A DNA stretch of 64,000 nucleotides from an uncultured Arcobacter sp. (lineage in GTDB: Bacteria; Campylobacterota; Campylobacteria; Campylobacterales; Arcobacteraceae), in contig OZ223302.1 in the NCBI GenBank assembly GCA_965140705.1, forward strand, positions 384,001-448,000. The letters are read 5' to 3'. Both the position numbers and the translations under genes were made by a program. Numbering within the stretch: the stretch's first letter is position 1; the number at the start of each line of letters is the position of its first letter. A model generated the notes under the pieces. It saw only the letters and a program-made list of their open reading frames with translations, did not search any database and was not told the origin of the DNA. Shown one piece after another: positions 8,605 through 18,170 of the stretch.

Positions 8605-10494
8605 ATGAATACATACAATTATACATATCAAAATCATTCCTTTAAAAAAGAGATAGATTATTCATTTTTTAAAGACAAAGAAAATATCCTGATACAAGTA
8701 TTTTGTGGGAAAGATCCAAATACTTTAAAATATATTATTAACCTTTTGGCAGATAATATACCACATGCAACTATAATAGGTACAACAACTGATGGGGAAA
8801 TAAAAGACAAAAAAGTATCAACTTTTAAAACTGTTATTTCCATATCAGTTTTTGAAAATACTACTATTAAATCCTCTATAAAAGAAGGAAGTAACTCTTT
8901 TAATAGCGGATATGAAATAGCAAAAGATATAGTAACAGACAATACAAAATTAATCATTACCTTTACAGATGGAACAACTACAAATGGGGAAGACTATTTA
9001 AAAGGAATAACAGCTTTCAATAAATCTATAATGGTAGCTGGTGGAATGGCTGGAGATAATGGTTTATTTAAACAAACTTATGTATCTTGGGGTAGAAAAG
9101 TATTAGCTAATGGTGCTGTTGCCGTATCCTTAAACTCTGATACCCTACTTGTAACAAACGACCATAAATATGACTGGTCTCCAATTGGAATTGAGCATAC
9201 TATTGATAGGGTTAAAGGTAATAGAATTTATGGAATTTCAGGAATGGATGCCATGGAGTTTTATGAGAAGTATCTAGGAAATAGTGATTCTTACACAGAA
9301 TTTCCATTAATAGTTCAAAGAAATGGTATGTCTGTAGCAAGAGCAGTTCTTACAAGATATCCAGATGGGAGTTTTGGGTGTGGAGGTAATTTATATAAAG
9401 GGGATAAGGTAAGATTGGGTTTTGCAAATGCAGAACTTATTATAAAAAATCCAATCCAATATTTAAAAAGTATACATGAATATCCAGCTGAAACCTTCTT
9501 TATATATTCATGTATGGCAAGAAGAAGATATATGCAAAGTCTAATCAAACTTGAGATTGAACCATTTGCTGCTATTGCTCCTACTTCTGGATTCTTTACA
9601 TATGCAGAGTTTTTCCATGAAAATGAAAGAAATGAACTTATGAATCAAACAATTACTCTTGTAGGATTGACTGAAAATATCCATACAGTAAAAAAAGATA
9701 TCCCTAAAATAGAAAAACTAGTAAATCAAAATGAAAGTTCTTATGCAAAAACTATTCAGGCTTTAACAAATCTAATTCAACAAAGTGCAAAAGATCATGA
9801 TGAACAATCAAAAAGACTAGAAGAGCAAATCTCATATTCAGAAAATATACTAAAAAATCAAAAAATGTTCTTAAGACATGCGGTTCACGAAACAAATACT
9901 CCACTATCAGTTATTATGAGTAATATAGAATTACATGAGATGCAATATCAAAAGAGCGAATATCTTTCAAACATTGAAGTTGCCATGAAAAGTATCTTTT
10001 CTATTTATGATGATTTGAGTTACTTAGTAAAAAAAGACCAAGTTGAATACAAAGTTTACTCTCTTGATTTAGTGGATTTTGTTAGAAGTAGAGTATACTT
10101 TTTTAAAAATGTAGCAACACAAGTATCTTCAAAATTTAATTTAGAGTCTAATAGAGATAAGATGATGATTAATTTTAGTGAAACAAAGTTACAAAGAATA
10201 GTTGACAATACTCTGTCAAATGCTATAAAATACACAAATAAAGGCAAAGATATAAATGTAAAAGTTGAAGAAGTAAATAACTATTTAAAATTTACAGTAT
10301 CAAGCAACTCAAAAAAAATACAAGACCCAGAAAAAATATTTCAAGAATATTATAGGGAAGAGAAATCAAAGAATGGTTTTGGATTGGGTTTAAATTTAGT
10401 TAAAAGAATTTGTGATGAGGAAGGTGTTATCATTAAAGTTAATTCTGACGTTGATAGTACTAGTTTTACATATATTTTTAAAGGTCAAAAATGA
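8605..10494 (+). CDS. Soluble FIST-domain (NosP-like) sensor histidine kinase
   Basis: FIST N/C motifs (IIGTTTDGEI, AGGMAGDN, IYSCMARR, GFFTYAEF); H-box HAVHETNTPLS; NAIKY, GFGLGL; no TM segment. Confidence 0.9.
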   Translation: MNTYNYTYQNHSFKKEIDYSFFKDKENILIQVFCGKDPNTLKYIINLLADNIPHATIIGTTTDGEIKDKKVSTFKTVISISVFENTTIKSSIKEGSNSFNSGYEIAKDIVTDNTKLIITFTDGTTTNGEDYLKGITAFNKSIMVAGGMAGDNGLFKQTYVSWGRKVLANGAVAVSLNSDTLLVTNDHKYDWSPIGIEHTIDRVKGNRIYGISGMDAMEFYEKYLGNSDSYTEFPLIVQRNGMSVARAVLTRYPDGSFGCGGNLYKGDKVRLGFANAELIIKNPIQYLKSIHEYPAETFFIYSCMARRRYMQSLIKLEIEPFAAIAPTSGFFTYAEFFHENERNELMNQTITLVGLTENIHTVKKDIPKIEKLVNQNESSYAKTIQALTNLIQQSAKDHDEQSKRLEEQISYSENILKNQKMFLRHAVHETNTPLSVIMSNIELHEMQYQKSEYLSNIEVAMKSIFSIYDDLSYLVKKDQVEYKVYSLDLVDFVRSRVYFFKNVATQVSSKFNLESNRDKMMINFSETKLQRIVDNTLSNAIKYTNKGKDINVKVEEVNNYLKFTVSSNSKKIQDPEKIFQEYYREEKSKNGFGLGLNLVKRICDEEGVIIKVNSDVDSTSFTYIFKGQK

Positions 10495-11150
10495 AAATAT
10501 TGCTACTTGAAGATGATATTATGCTTAATAAAGCAATCAAGACTTATTTAGAATCAACTGGACATGTAGTTCACTCTGTTATGGATGGTAAACATTGCAT
10601 AGAAACTTTAGAAAAAGATCAATTTGATTTATTAATTTTTGATATAAATGTTCCAGATGTAGATGGACTAACAATATTAGAAGATTTGCATAAACAAAAA
10701 AGAATGGTTCCTACAATCTTTATTTCTGCACTTATTGATATAGAAGATATTACAAGGGCTTTTGATATAGGTTGCCATGATTATTTGAAAAAACCATTTC
10801 ATTTAAAAGAGTTAACATTAAGAATAAACAAATTTTTAAAAACAAATCAAGTTCATCAGCAACACAAAAGATTATCTAAATCATATAGTTATGATTCTAA
10901 AAATATGATTTTATTATTTAACAATGAACCACAAATACTACCTAAAAGACAAATTCAAATAATAGATTTATTAGCTGCAAATAGATCTTTGGTTTGCAAC
11001 TATGATATGTTTAGAGTATATGTTTGGAATGACGATTATATTGATAATGCCACAATAAGAGCAGAAGTAAATCGTGTAAAAAAAGTACTAAAAGAAGATT
11101 TTATTTTAAATATTAGAGGTATTGGTTATATGGTTGAAAGACCAAATTAG
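10491..11150 (+). CDS. OmpR-family response regulator
   Basis: LLEDD, FDINVP, YLKKPF receiver; winged helix ending NIRGIGY; ATGA overlap with the kinase. Confidence 0.92.
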   Translation: MKILLLEDDIMLNKAIKTYLESTGHVVHSVMDGKHCIETLEKDQFDLLIFDINVPDVDGLTILEDLHKQKRMVPTIFISALIDIEDITRAFDIGCHDYLKKPFHLKELTLRINKFLKTNQVHQQHKRLSKSYSYDSKNMILLFNNEPQILPKRQIQIIDLLAANRSLVCNYDMFRVYVWNDDYIDNATIRAEVNRVKKVLKEDFILNIRGIGYMVERPN

Positions 11151-11281
11151 GCACCTCTAACCTAATATTAACACTATTAGACTAATAAATAAGCACTATC
11201 AAACAACTATTTAAGCAAAAAAAAAGAAGAACTATTTTTTTTAAAACCCTAGAATATGAAAAACTTAAATAGGGAAGAATT

Positions 11282-12733
11282 ATGTCAAAAAAAATTTCTA
11301 AAGTCCTAGTAGCAAATAGAGGGGAAATAGCTCTTAGAATAATAAGAGCATGTAAAGAATTAGATATTAAAAGTGTTGCAATATTTTCAGAAGTAGATAT
11401 TGAGGGTATTTGGGTAAAAAAAGCTGATGAGTGTTATCCTTTATTAGGGGATCCTTTAGATGCATATTTAAATTATGAAAAAATCATATCTCTTGCTTTA
11501 AAAGCTGAGTGTGATGCTATTCACCCTGGTTATGGATTTTTAAGTGAGAGTGCAGAATTTGCAGAAGCATGTGAAAAAGCTGGTATCATTTTCGTAGGTC
11601 CAAAAGCTGAACATATAGCACTTTTTGGAGATAAGATGGCTTCAAAGGTTGCAATGAAAAAAATTGGAGTTCCTGTATTAGAAGGAACAAGTACTCCAAT
11701 TGTTGATGTAAAAGAGGGTGAAAAAATCTCAAGGGAAATTGGTTTTCCAATTATCATCAAAGCAGCTTTTGGTGGTGGTGGAAGAGGAATGAGAATAGTT
11801 AAAGAAGAAAAAGACTTTAAAGCTATGTTCGAAGCAGCAACTGCAGAAGCTAAAAAATTCTTTGGAAAAGGTGATGCCTTTATTGAAAAATATGTGGAAA
11901 ACCCAAGACATATTGAAGTTCAAGTTATAGCTGATAAATATGGAAATGTTCTTCACTTAGGTGAAAGAGATTGTTCTATTCAAAGAAGACACCAAAAAGT
12001 AATAGAAATAGCTCCAAGTCCTAGATTAAATGAAAATGTAAGAAGAGAGTTATATAGAGTTTCAACAAAAGCCATGTTCAAATTGGGTTATGAAAGTGTT
12101 GGAACAATTGAGTTTTTAGTTGATGCCCAAGACAATATTTATTTTATTGAGATGAATACAAGAGTTCAAGTAGAACATCCAGTAACTGAACTTATAACTG
12201 GTGTTGATATTATTCAAAGAATGATAGAGATAGCAGAAGGTGATAAACTTCAATTTTTACAAGAAGAGATAAACTTTAGAGGATATGCAATAGAGTTTAG
12301 AATTAATGCAGAAGATCCAAAGAAAAAATTCATGCCAGCATCTGGAACTATCAGCAAATACTTAACTCCAGGAGGACCAGGAGTTAGAATTGATACAAGT
12401 GTTTACACAGGTTATAAAATTCCACCAAACTATGATTCAATGGTAGGGAAACTTATTGTTTGGGCACTTGATTGGGATGGTGCTGTTAGAAAAGCAAGAC
12501 GGGCTTTAGATGAGTTTTATATAGAAGGACTACCTACAAATATTCCTTTACATAGAGAAATCGTGAGAGATGAAGATTTTATTGAAGGAAAACTTGATAC
12601 TAGTTATTTGGATAAAAAATTAGAGAAATTTAATATGGATGCAATTGACCATATTGAAGAAGAAGAGACAAAAATGAAAAATATAACTAAGTTAATAGAG
12701 CAAATTAAGAAAAATAAACTAAATGTAAGATAA
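11282..12733 (+). CDS. pycA: Biotin carboxylase, probably pyruvate carboxylase subunit A
   Basis: ANRGEIA, HPGYGFLSE, GGGGRGMR, ERDCSIQRRHQK, EMNTRVQVEH; 483 aa with a C-terminal extension fits PycA better than AccC. Confidence 0.8.
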   Translation: MSKKISKVLVANRGEIALRIIRACKELDIKSVAIFSEVDIEGIWVKKADECYPLLGDPLDAYLNYEKIISLALKAECDAIHPGYGFLSESAEFAEACEKAGIIFVGPKAEHIALFGDKMASKVAMKKIGVPVLEGTSTPIVDVKEGEKISREIGFPIIIKAAFGGGGRGMRIVKEEKDFKAMFEAATAEAKKFFGKGDAFIEKYVENPRHIEVQVIADKYGNVLHLGERDCSIQRRHQKVIEIAPSPRLNENVRRELYRVSTKAMFKLGYESVGTIEFLVDAQDNIYFIEMNTRVQVEHPVTELITGVDIIQRMIEIAEGDKLQFLQEEINFRGYAIEFRINAEDPKKKFMPASGTISKYLTPGGPGVRIDTSVYTGYKIPPNYDSMVGKLIVWALDWDGAVRKARRALDEFYIEGLPTNIPLHREIVRDEDFIEGKLDTSYLDKKLEKFNMDAIDHIEEEETKMKNITKLIEQIKKNKLNVR

Positions 12734-12749
12734 TCTCTTACATTTAGTT
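12717..12749. terminator. Bidirectional hairpin between convergent pycA and pqqE
   Basis: AACTAAATGTAAGA-TAATC-TCTTACATTTAGTT. Confidence 0.65.
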
Positions 12750-13854
12750 AAGCTTCATTTATCAAAGCCAAAGAGTTTTGTTTATTTCTATAAACTGGTT
12801 CGCTTGTAGATTTTAAAGCAGTTTGTACTTTATCCAAAACAACTTTGTGGTAAGAAGATTTATCACAAACAGGATCAGCTTCATTCATATCTTTTGTAAG
12901 TGCATATGCTTGACATCTACAACCTCCAAAATCAGTCTCTTTTTCAGGACAAGTTCTACAAGGCTCTTTCATCCACTTATCACCCCTAAAAAAGTTAAAT
13001 GCTTCAGAATCATTCCATATTTCTTTTACTGAAAAATCTTTTACATTTGGAAATTCCAAGGGTAAAGTATTTGCCGTATTACATGGAAGGGCAACCCCAT
13101 CTGGATTGATAGTTAAAAAAGTAGTTCCCCAGCCATTCATACAAGCTTTTGGTCTAGTTGCAAAATAATCAGGTACCACAAAAAATACCTTCATATCATC
13201 TCTTTTTTCCCTATAAAAATCCACCTCTTCTTTTGCTTTTTTTAGTTGCTCTTCTGTTGGTAAAAGAGCATCAATATTTTTTAAAGCCCAACCATAATAT
13301 TGTATATTTGCTATTTCTAAATAGTTTGCTCCAATAGAGTTTGCAAACTCAATGATTTCACCTACTTGGTGAATATTTTGTCGCGTAATACACGAATTAA
13401 CAATAAGTTGCAAACCATTCTCTTTGCAAGCTTTTGCAAAGGCTAATTTATCCCTTTGCGCATTTTTATTATTTGTAATTAGTGCTGTTGTTTTCGCATC
13501 ATGTGATTGGATTCCAAGTTGAACTGTTTTTAATCCAGCCTCTTTTAATTTTGGAATTATAGATAAATCAGCTCCCACACCAGAAGTTATAAGATTAGTA
13601 TAAAACTTCAAATCTGCTGCTTTTTTAACTATTTCCAAAATATCTTTATTTAGAAGTGGTTCACCACCTGAAAAGCCCAATTGAACAGCTCCCATTGCCC
13701 TTGCCTCTTCCATAACTCTAAACCAGTCTTCTTTTGTCATACTATCTTTTGTATTTGCAAAATCAAGTTGGTTATAACAATATGTACACTCCAAAGGACA
13801 CTTATGAGTTAACTCTAAAAGCATCCAAAGTGGTGGTTTAATATCATTTTGCAT
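12748..13854 (-). CDS. pqqE: PqqA peptide cyclase, radical SAM/SPASM
   Basis: ELTHKCPLECTYCYN, QYYGWA, ACMNGWG, DFGGCRCQA. Confidence 0.96.
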   Translation of the reverse strand: MQNDIKPPLWMLLELTHKCPLECTYCYNQLDFANTKDSMTKEDWFRVMEEARAMGAVQLGFSGGEPLLNKDILEIVKKAADLKFYTNLITSGVGADLSIIPKLKEAGLKTVQLGIQSHDAKTTALITNNKNAQRDKLAFAKACKENGLQLIVNSCITRQNIHQVGEIIEFANSIGANYLEIANIQYYGWALKNIDALLPTEEQLKKAKEEVDFYREKRDDMKVFFVVPDYFATRPKACMNGWGTTFLTINPDGVALPCNTANTLPLEFPNVKDFSVKEIWNDSEAFNFFRGDKWMKEPCRTCPEKETDFGGCRCQAYALTKDMNEADPVCDKSSYHKVVLDKVQTALKSTSEPVYRNKQNSLALINEA

Positions 13855-14113
13855 ACATCACCCACTTACGCTCTAAAGCCTCTTTTAAAAAAGCTTCCAC
13901 ATCTTTTTTTAAATCAGGCATTTGAAATTTCTCTTCTAAGATTTTTGAAATATCTAAACAGCTTTTTTTACCATCACATAAATTCATTATCTCACCAGCA
14001 CTTTGATTTAACTGCACCATTCCTTCAGGATACAATAGTACAAAACACCCTTGTGCCTCTTCATACTGCAATTGGAAATGATCATTCACTGCAATTGATT
14101 TTTCTAGTTGCAT
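13844..14113 (-). CDS. pqqD: PqqA-binding chaperone PqqD
   Basis: [18 protein letters not shown]...CDG; located between pqqC and pqqE. Confidence 0.95.
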   Translation of the reverse strand: MQLEKSIAVNDHFQLQYEEAQGCFVLLYPEGMVQLNQSAGEIMNLCDGKKSCLDISKILEEKFQMPDLKKDVEAFLKEALERKWVMYAK

Positions 14114-14837
14114 TACATCCCTTTATATTAAAATATGGTGGTCGCTTAAGTTCATATGCCAAATATAAAGCATCACACATAGTCCAAAGAATATCTAATT
14201 TAAACTGTAAAATTTCACATGCCTTTTTTTGTAACTCAATAGTATTAAACTCTTCAAGTGTCAAAGCCAAACCATGTTGAACATCACGTCTAGCTTCACT
14301 CAATCTTTTTTGAAAATATCTCAATCCATTTTGCTCAATCCAAGGATAGTTTTTAGGCCAAGTATCTAGTCTTTGTTGGTGAATTTGAGGTGCAAACATC
14401 TCCGTTAAAGATGACATTGCAGCCTCTTTCCATGGTCTTTGTTTTGCAAAATTCACATAAGCATCAACTGCAAATTTAACTGCTGGTAATACATATTTGT
14501 GAGAAATTAAATCTTCCTTTTTAAGGCCTACTGCTTCACCAAGTTCCAACCAAGCTTCAATTCCTCCACCAACACTATCATGATCAATAATTCTATCTAT
14601 CCACTTTCTTCTATCTTCTAGTGGTGGATTATTTGACATAATTGCAGCATCTTTAATTGGAATTGCTGTTTGATAATAAAATCTATTTGCAACCCAACCT
14701 TGAATCTCCTCTTTAGTACAAGACCCCTCATACATTCTTATATGAAAAGGATGATGAATATGATACATCTTACCCATACCTCTTAGTTTTGCTTCAAACT
14801 CTTCTTTTGATAATAATTGTTCCATTTTTTTTGTCAT
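14082..14837 (-). CDS. pqqC: Pyrroloquinoline-quinone synthase PqqC
   Basis: [44 protein letters not shown]. Confidence 0.96.
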   Translation of the reverse strand: MTKKMEQLLSKEEFEAKLRGMGKMYHIHHPFHIRMYEGSCTKEEIQGWVANRFYYQTAIPIKDAAIMSNNPPLEDRRKWIDRIIDHDSVGGGIEAWLELGEAVGLKKEDLISHKYVLPAVKFAVDAYVNFAKQRPWKEAAMSSLTEMFAPQIHQQRLDTWPKNYPWIEQNGLRYFQKRLSEARRDVQHGLALTLEEFNTIELQKKACEILQFKLDILWTMCDALYLAYELKRPPYFNIKGCNATRKINCSE

Positions 14838-14849
14838 TTTCTTCTCCTC

Positions 14850-15146
14850 TTATAAATTAACTTTTTCTAATTTTTGTATATCTAAAAGTTCTAATTTACC
14901 ATCTACAGATTGAGCAAATTTCAAAAAATGTTCTTTTTTCATATGCTCATCTAAAAGTTTTGCATTTTGCCAAGTTTCTACAAAAGTAAAACTATTTTCA
15001 TCATCTAAATTTTTGTGCAAATCATATTGAATATAGCCCTCATCATGTTTATGAGTTGCTTCATATAATTTTAAAAGTTCAGAATAAACTTCATCTTTAA
15101 ATCCAGCTTTTACTTTAACTGTTGCTACAATTACTATATTTTTCAT
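14850..15146 (-). CDS. Antibiotic-biosynthesis-monooxygenase (ABM)/putative quinol monooxygenase family protein
   Basis: 98 aa; DEGYIQYDLH, FTFVETW, LDEHMKKEHF pattern. Confidence 0.85.
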   Translation of the reverse strand: MKNIVIVATVKVKAGFKDEVYSELLKLYEATHKHDEGYIQYDLHKNLDDENSFTFVETWQNAKLLDEHMKKEHFLKFAQSVDGKLELLDIQKLEKVNL

Positions 15147-15171
15147 GATATTTCCTTTTTTTCTTCTTTTA

Positions 15172-16086
15172 CTAAATCTCTATACTCATACCATCGTAGG
15201 ACACTTCAATTCCATGGGAAATAAGTTCCTTGTACTCATCATTTTCTTCATCAAGTATTGGATTTGTATTATTTATATGTATTAATATTTTTCTTGGTTT
15301 TTCCAAAGTATCAAGTATCTTAATAAGTCCCTCTCCACCACTTAAAGGGATATGTCCCATATCTGTTCCAAGTTTTGTAGAGAAACCATTTTTTATCATT
15401 TCATCATTTGTCCATACGGTTCCATCCACAAGTAAAATATCTGCATCTTTCATCTCATTTATAATATGTTTTTCTACAACACCTAATCCAGGAAGATAAA
15501 AAAGTTTTTTACCAGTGATTTTATTTCTAATCACAATACCAATATTATCCCCTGCTCTTGGTTTATCTCTATATTTAGAATATGGAGGTGCATTTGAGAT
15601 AAGAGGAAGTGCAAAAAACTCATAACTTGGCATTACTGGTATTTCAAAGCTTTTATTATTTGGAGTGATTTCATTATATTTAATTCCTCCACCATCCCAA
15701 TGTGTCAACATCTTAAAAAGTGGAAAGGAAGTATTTAGTTCTTCATGAACCTCTTTTGTGCAATATACTTCATGGGGACAACCTTCCCTTAACATCAAAA
15801 GACCAGTTGTATGATCTATTTGGGCATCAATAAAAATGATTGCTTTTATTTTAGTTTCACGTCTTTCCTGCGGTTGTAAAAAGGGTGAATTATGTATTTG
15901 TTCTAAAATATCAGGTGAAGTATTAAATAAAACCCAATTTTTACCATCTTCACTAATAGTAATTGAACTTTGAGTTCTTCTTTTAACTGTTTTTTTGCCT
16001 TCTCTATATGCTTTACAATTATCACAATTACAGTTAAACTGAGGAAGTCCTCCACCAGCACTTGAACCTAAAACTTCTATTTTCAT
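15172..16086 (-). CDS. pqqB: PQQ biosynthesis protein PqqB
   Basis: LGSSAGGGLPQFNCNCDNC, RTQSS, DAQIDHTTGL, IHINNTNP. Confidence 0.96.
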   Translation of the reverse strand: MKIEVLGSSAGGGLPQFNCNCDNCKAYREGKKTVKRRTQSSITISEDGKNWVLFNTSPDILEQIHNSPFLQPQERRETKIKAIIFIDAQIDHTTGLLMLREGCPHEVYCTKEVHEELNTSFPLFKMLTHWDGGGIKYNEITPNNKSFEIPVMPSYEFFALPLISNAPPYSKYRDKPRAGDNIGIVIRNKITGKKLFYLPGLGVVEKHIINEMKDADILLVDGTVWTNDEMIKNGFSTKLGTDMGHIPLSGGEGLIKILDTLEKPRKILIHINNTNPILDEENDEYKELISHGIEVSYDGMSIEI

Positions 16087-16136
16087 AATAATCCTAACTC
16101 TTTTTTTAATTGAATTTATCTATTATAAACTCAAGT

Positions 16137-16175
16137 AAAAAAAATAAAAGCTAGAGAAAACCTCCCTAGCTTTTA
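16137..16175 (-). terminator. Intra-operon terminator/attenuator between pqqA and pqqB
   Basis: Minus strand TAAAAGCTAGGGA-GGTTT-TCTCTAGCTTTTA followed by a T-tract. Confidence 0.75.
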
Positions 16176-16194
16176 ACTTTACATTTGAAAAGTT

Positions 16195-16269
16195 TTATTC
16201 ATGACAAATATACATTGTCACTTCAAAACCAAATCTATTATCAACGAACATTGGTGTTTCCCATTTCAT
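16195..16269 (-). CDS. pqqA: PQQ precursor peptide PqqA (24 aa; missing from ORF track)
   Basis: Manual translation MKWETPMFVDNRFGFEVTMYICHE* with the E-x-x-x-Y core; RBS AAGGAGG; directly upstream of pqqB. Confidence 0.97.
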   Translation of the reverse strand: MKWETPMFVDNRFGFEVTMYICHE

Positions 16270-16294
16270 AATATTATCCTCCTTTTCAAGATTT

Positions 16295-18088
16295 TTATTT
16301 GTGTAATTTAAATACTATTACTGTTCCACCTTGGTTGATGTTTTTAATTGTTTTTGCAACTTCACCACCCCATAAAGGAACAGCTCCACCCCAACCAGAT
16401 ACTATAGCAATATATTGTTCACCATTTTCTTCCCAAGTAACTGGAGAAGATACGATTCCAGACCCTGCATTAAATTTATATAAAACTTTTCCTGTTTCAT
16501 CATCAAATGCCATAAATTTACCCTCAGGAGTACCTGTAAATACTAAACCACCTGCAGTTGATAATGTTCCTGCCCATAATGGAGCTTTATTTTTGAATTC
16601 CCATTTAATTTTTCCAGTCATTGGATCAATAGCTTTTAATGAACCAATATGATCTTTAAAAATTGGTTTAATTGTAAATCCAGCACCTAAATATGCAGCA
16701 CCTTTTTTATAAGAAACTGGTTGATTCCAAATTTCCATACCCCATTCATTTGATGGAACATAGAACATTTTTGTTTTTTTAGAATAAGTAATTGGCATCC
16801 AGTTTTTTCCACCTAAGAATGATGGTACATTAAATACAGCTTTCCCTTTTGTTCCACCATTTGGATCACCAGGTCTACTATCTTCGTTGTAAATTGGTCT
16901 ACCGTTTTTATCAATTCCTTTTGCCCAAGTAATATTTTTAACAAATGGATGTGCAGTAACAAATTTACCATTTTCTCTATTTAATACATAGAAGAAACCA
17001 TTTCTATCAGCAGTTCCTGCTAATTTTTCAACTTTACCGTCTTTATTAGTATAATCAAATGAAACTAATTCATTTACACCATCAAAATCCCATCCATCAT
17101 GTGGAGTAGTTTGGAAATGCCAAACGATTTTTCCAGTATCTGGATTTATAGCTAATCTTGATGAAGAGTATAAGTTATCCCCTGGTCTTAAATGTGAATT
17201 CCATGGAGCTGGATTTCCTGTACCAAAGTATAAAAGATTAGTTTCTGGATCATAAGTTCCACCAAGCCAAGTTGCAGCTCCACCTGTTTTCCACATATCT
17301 CCAGGCCAAGTTTTACCAGCTTCTCCCCCAGTAATTCCATTTGGCTTACCATTTAAGTATCCCATATTTCCTTCAACTGTTGGTCTAGACCAAATAACTG
17401 CTCCATTTTTTGGATTTCTAGCTTCAACTTTACCTACAATACCAAATTCACCACCAGCAACACCAGTGATAACCATATCTTTTACAATAATTGGTGCAGC
17501 AGTAATTGAATATCCATCTTTATAATTAGCTACTCTTTTTTTCCATACTACTTTTCCAGTTTTTCTGTTAAGTGCAACTAGTTTTGCATCCAATGTACCA
17601 AAAATTACTAGATTGTCATAAATTGCCACCCCTCTATTTATAACATCACAACATGGTAAAATTGCATCAGGTAATCTTGCATTATATTGCCACAGTTCAT
17701 CTCCTGTTGCTAAGTTTATAGCAAACACTCTTGAATAAGATGCTGATACATACATAACACCATCTTTTATAATTGGTTGAGATTCTTGACCTCTTTGTTT
17801 TTCACCACCAAAAGAGAAATTCCATACAGGAACTAAATCTTTTACTGTATCTTTATTGATTTGAGTTAGAGGTGAGTATCTTTGACCTTTAAGACCCATT
17901 CCATAAGTTAATACATCCCCTGTTGATTTCTCATCATTTAGGATTTCCTTATTAGTTACAGGTGCATATGATGGTTTTGTAACCTCACTTGTGCTACCAT
18001 TCATAGTGCTGTTCGAAGTAACGCATCCGCTAATTAGTGCAGCTAGTGTAACGGCAACTGCGCTAGTTAGTAGTTTCTTCTTAATCAT
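16295..18088 (-). CDS. pedH: PQQ-dependent alcohol dehydrogenase, lanthanide-type (PedH/ExaF class), predicted lipoprotein
   Basis: C146-C147 vicinal pair, E214 (GGEFG), N292 (GNPAPW), TPHDGWD334-F-D336-GVNE; N-terminal ISG-C22 lipobox. Confidence 0.92.
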   Translation of the reverse strand: MIKKKLLTSAVAVTLAALISGCVTSNSTMNGSTSEVTKPSYAPVTNKEILNDEKSTGDVLTYGMGLKGQRYSPLTQINKDTVKDLVPVWNFSFGGEKQRGQESQPIIKDGVMYVSASYSRVFAINLATGDELWQYNARLPDAILPCCDVINRGVAIYDNLVIFGTLDAKLVALNRKTGKVVWKKRVANYKDGYSITAAPIIVKDMVITGVAGGEFGIVGKVEARNPKNGAVIWSRPTVEGNMGYLNGKPNGITGGEAGKTWPGDMWKTGGAATWLGGTYDPETNLLYFGTGNPAPWNSHLRPGDNLYSSSRLAINPDTGKIVWHFQTTPHDGWDFDGVNELVSFDYTNKDGKVEKLAGTADRNGFFYVLNRENGKFVTAHPFVKNITWAKGIDKNGRPIYNEDSRPGDPNGGTKGKAVFNVPSFLGGKNWMPITYSKKTKMFYVPSNEWGMEIWNQPVSYKKGAAYLGAGFTIKPIFKDHIGSLKAIDPMTGKIKWEFKNKAPLWAGTLSTAGGLVFTGTPEGKFMAFDDETGKVLYKFNAGSGIVSSPVTWEENGEQYIAIVSGWGGAVPLWGGEVAKTIKNINQGGTVIVFKLHK

Positions 18089-18138
18089 CTTTTTCTCCTT
18101 TTTTCATTTATAACAAACTGAAAATTTGTCTGATTGAA

Positions 18139-18170
18139 AGTATACATGAGTTGTATAGCTTCAGTTTAGC
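18139..18170 (-). promoter_or_regulatory. Regulon box and -10 for pedH-pqqA
   Basis: Minus strand GCTAAA-CTGAA-GCTATA-N9-TATACT; overlaps the stop codon of the upstream permease. Confidence 0.8.

Noticed and set aside
11172..11210. ACTAT repeats upstream of pycA
   Set aside because: Short, irregularly spaced and AT-rich; not the GCTATA motif and not supportable as a site
14082..14113. 32-bp pqqC/pqqD overlap as a possible frameshift or PqqCD fusion
   Set aside because: Both proteins are full length and pqqD has its own SD-like sequence and ATG; this is an ordinary operon overlap
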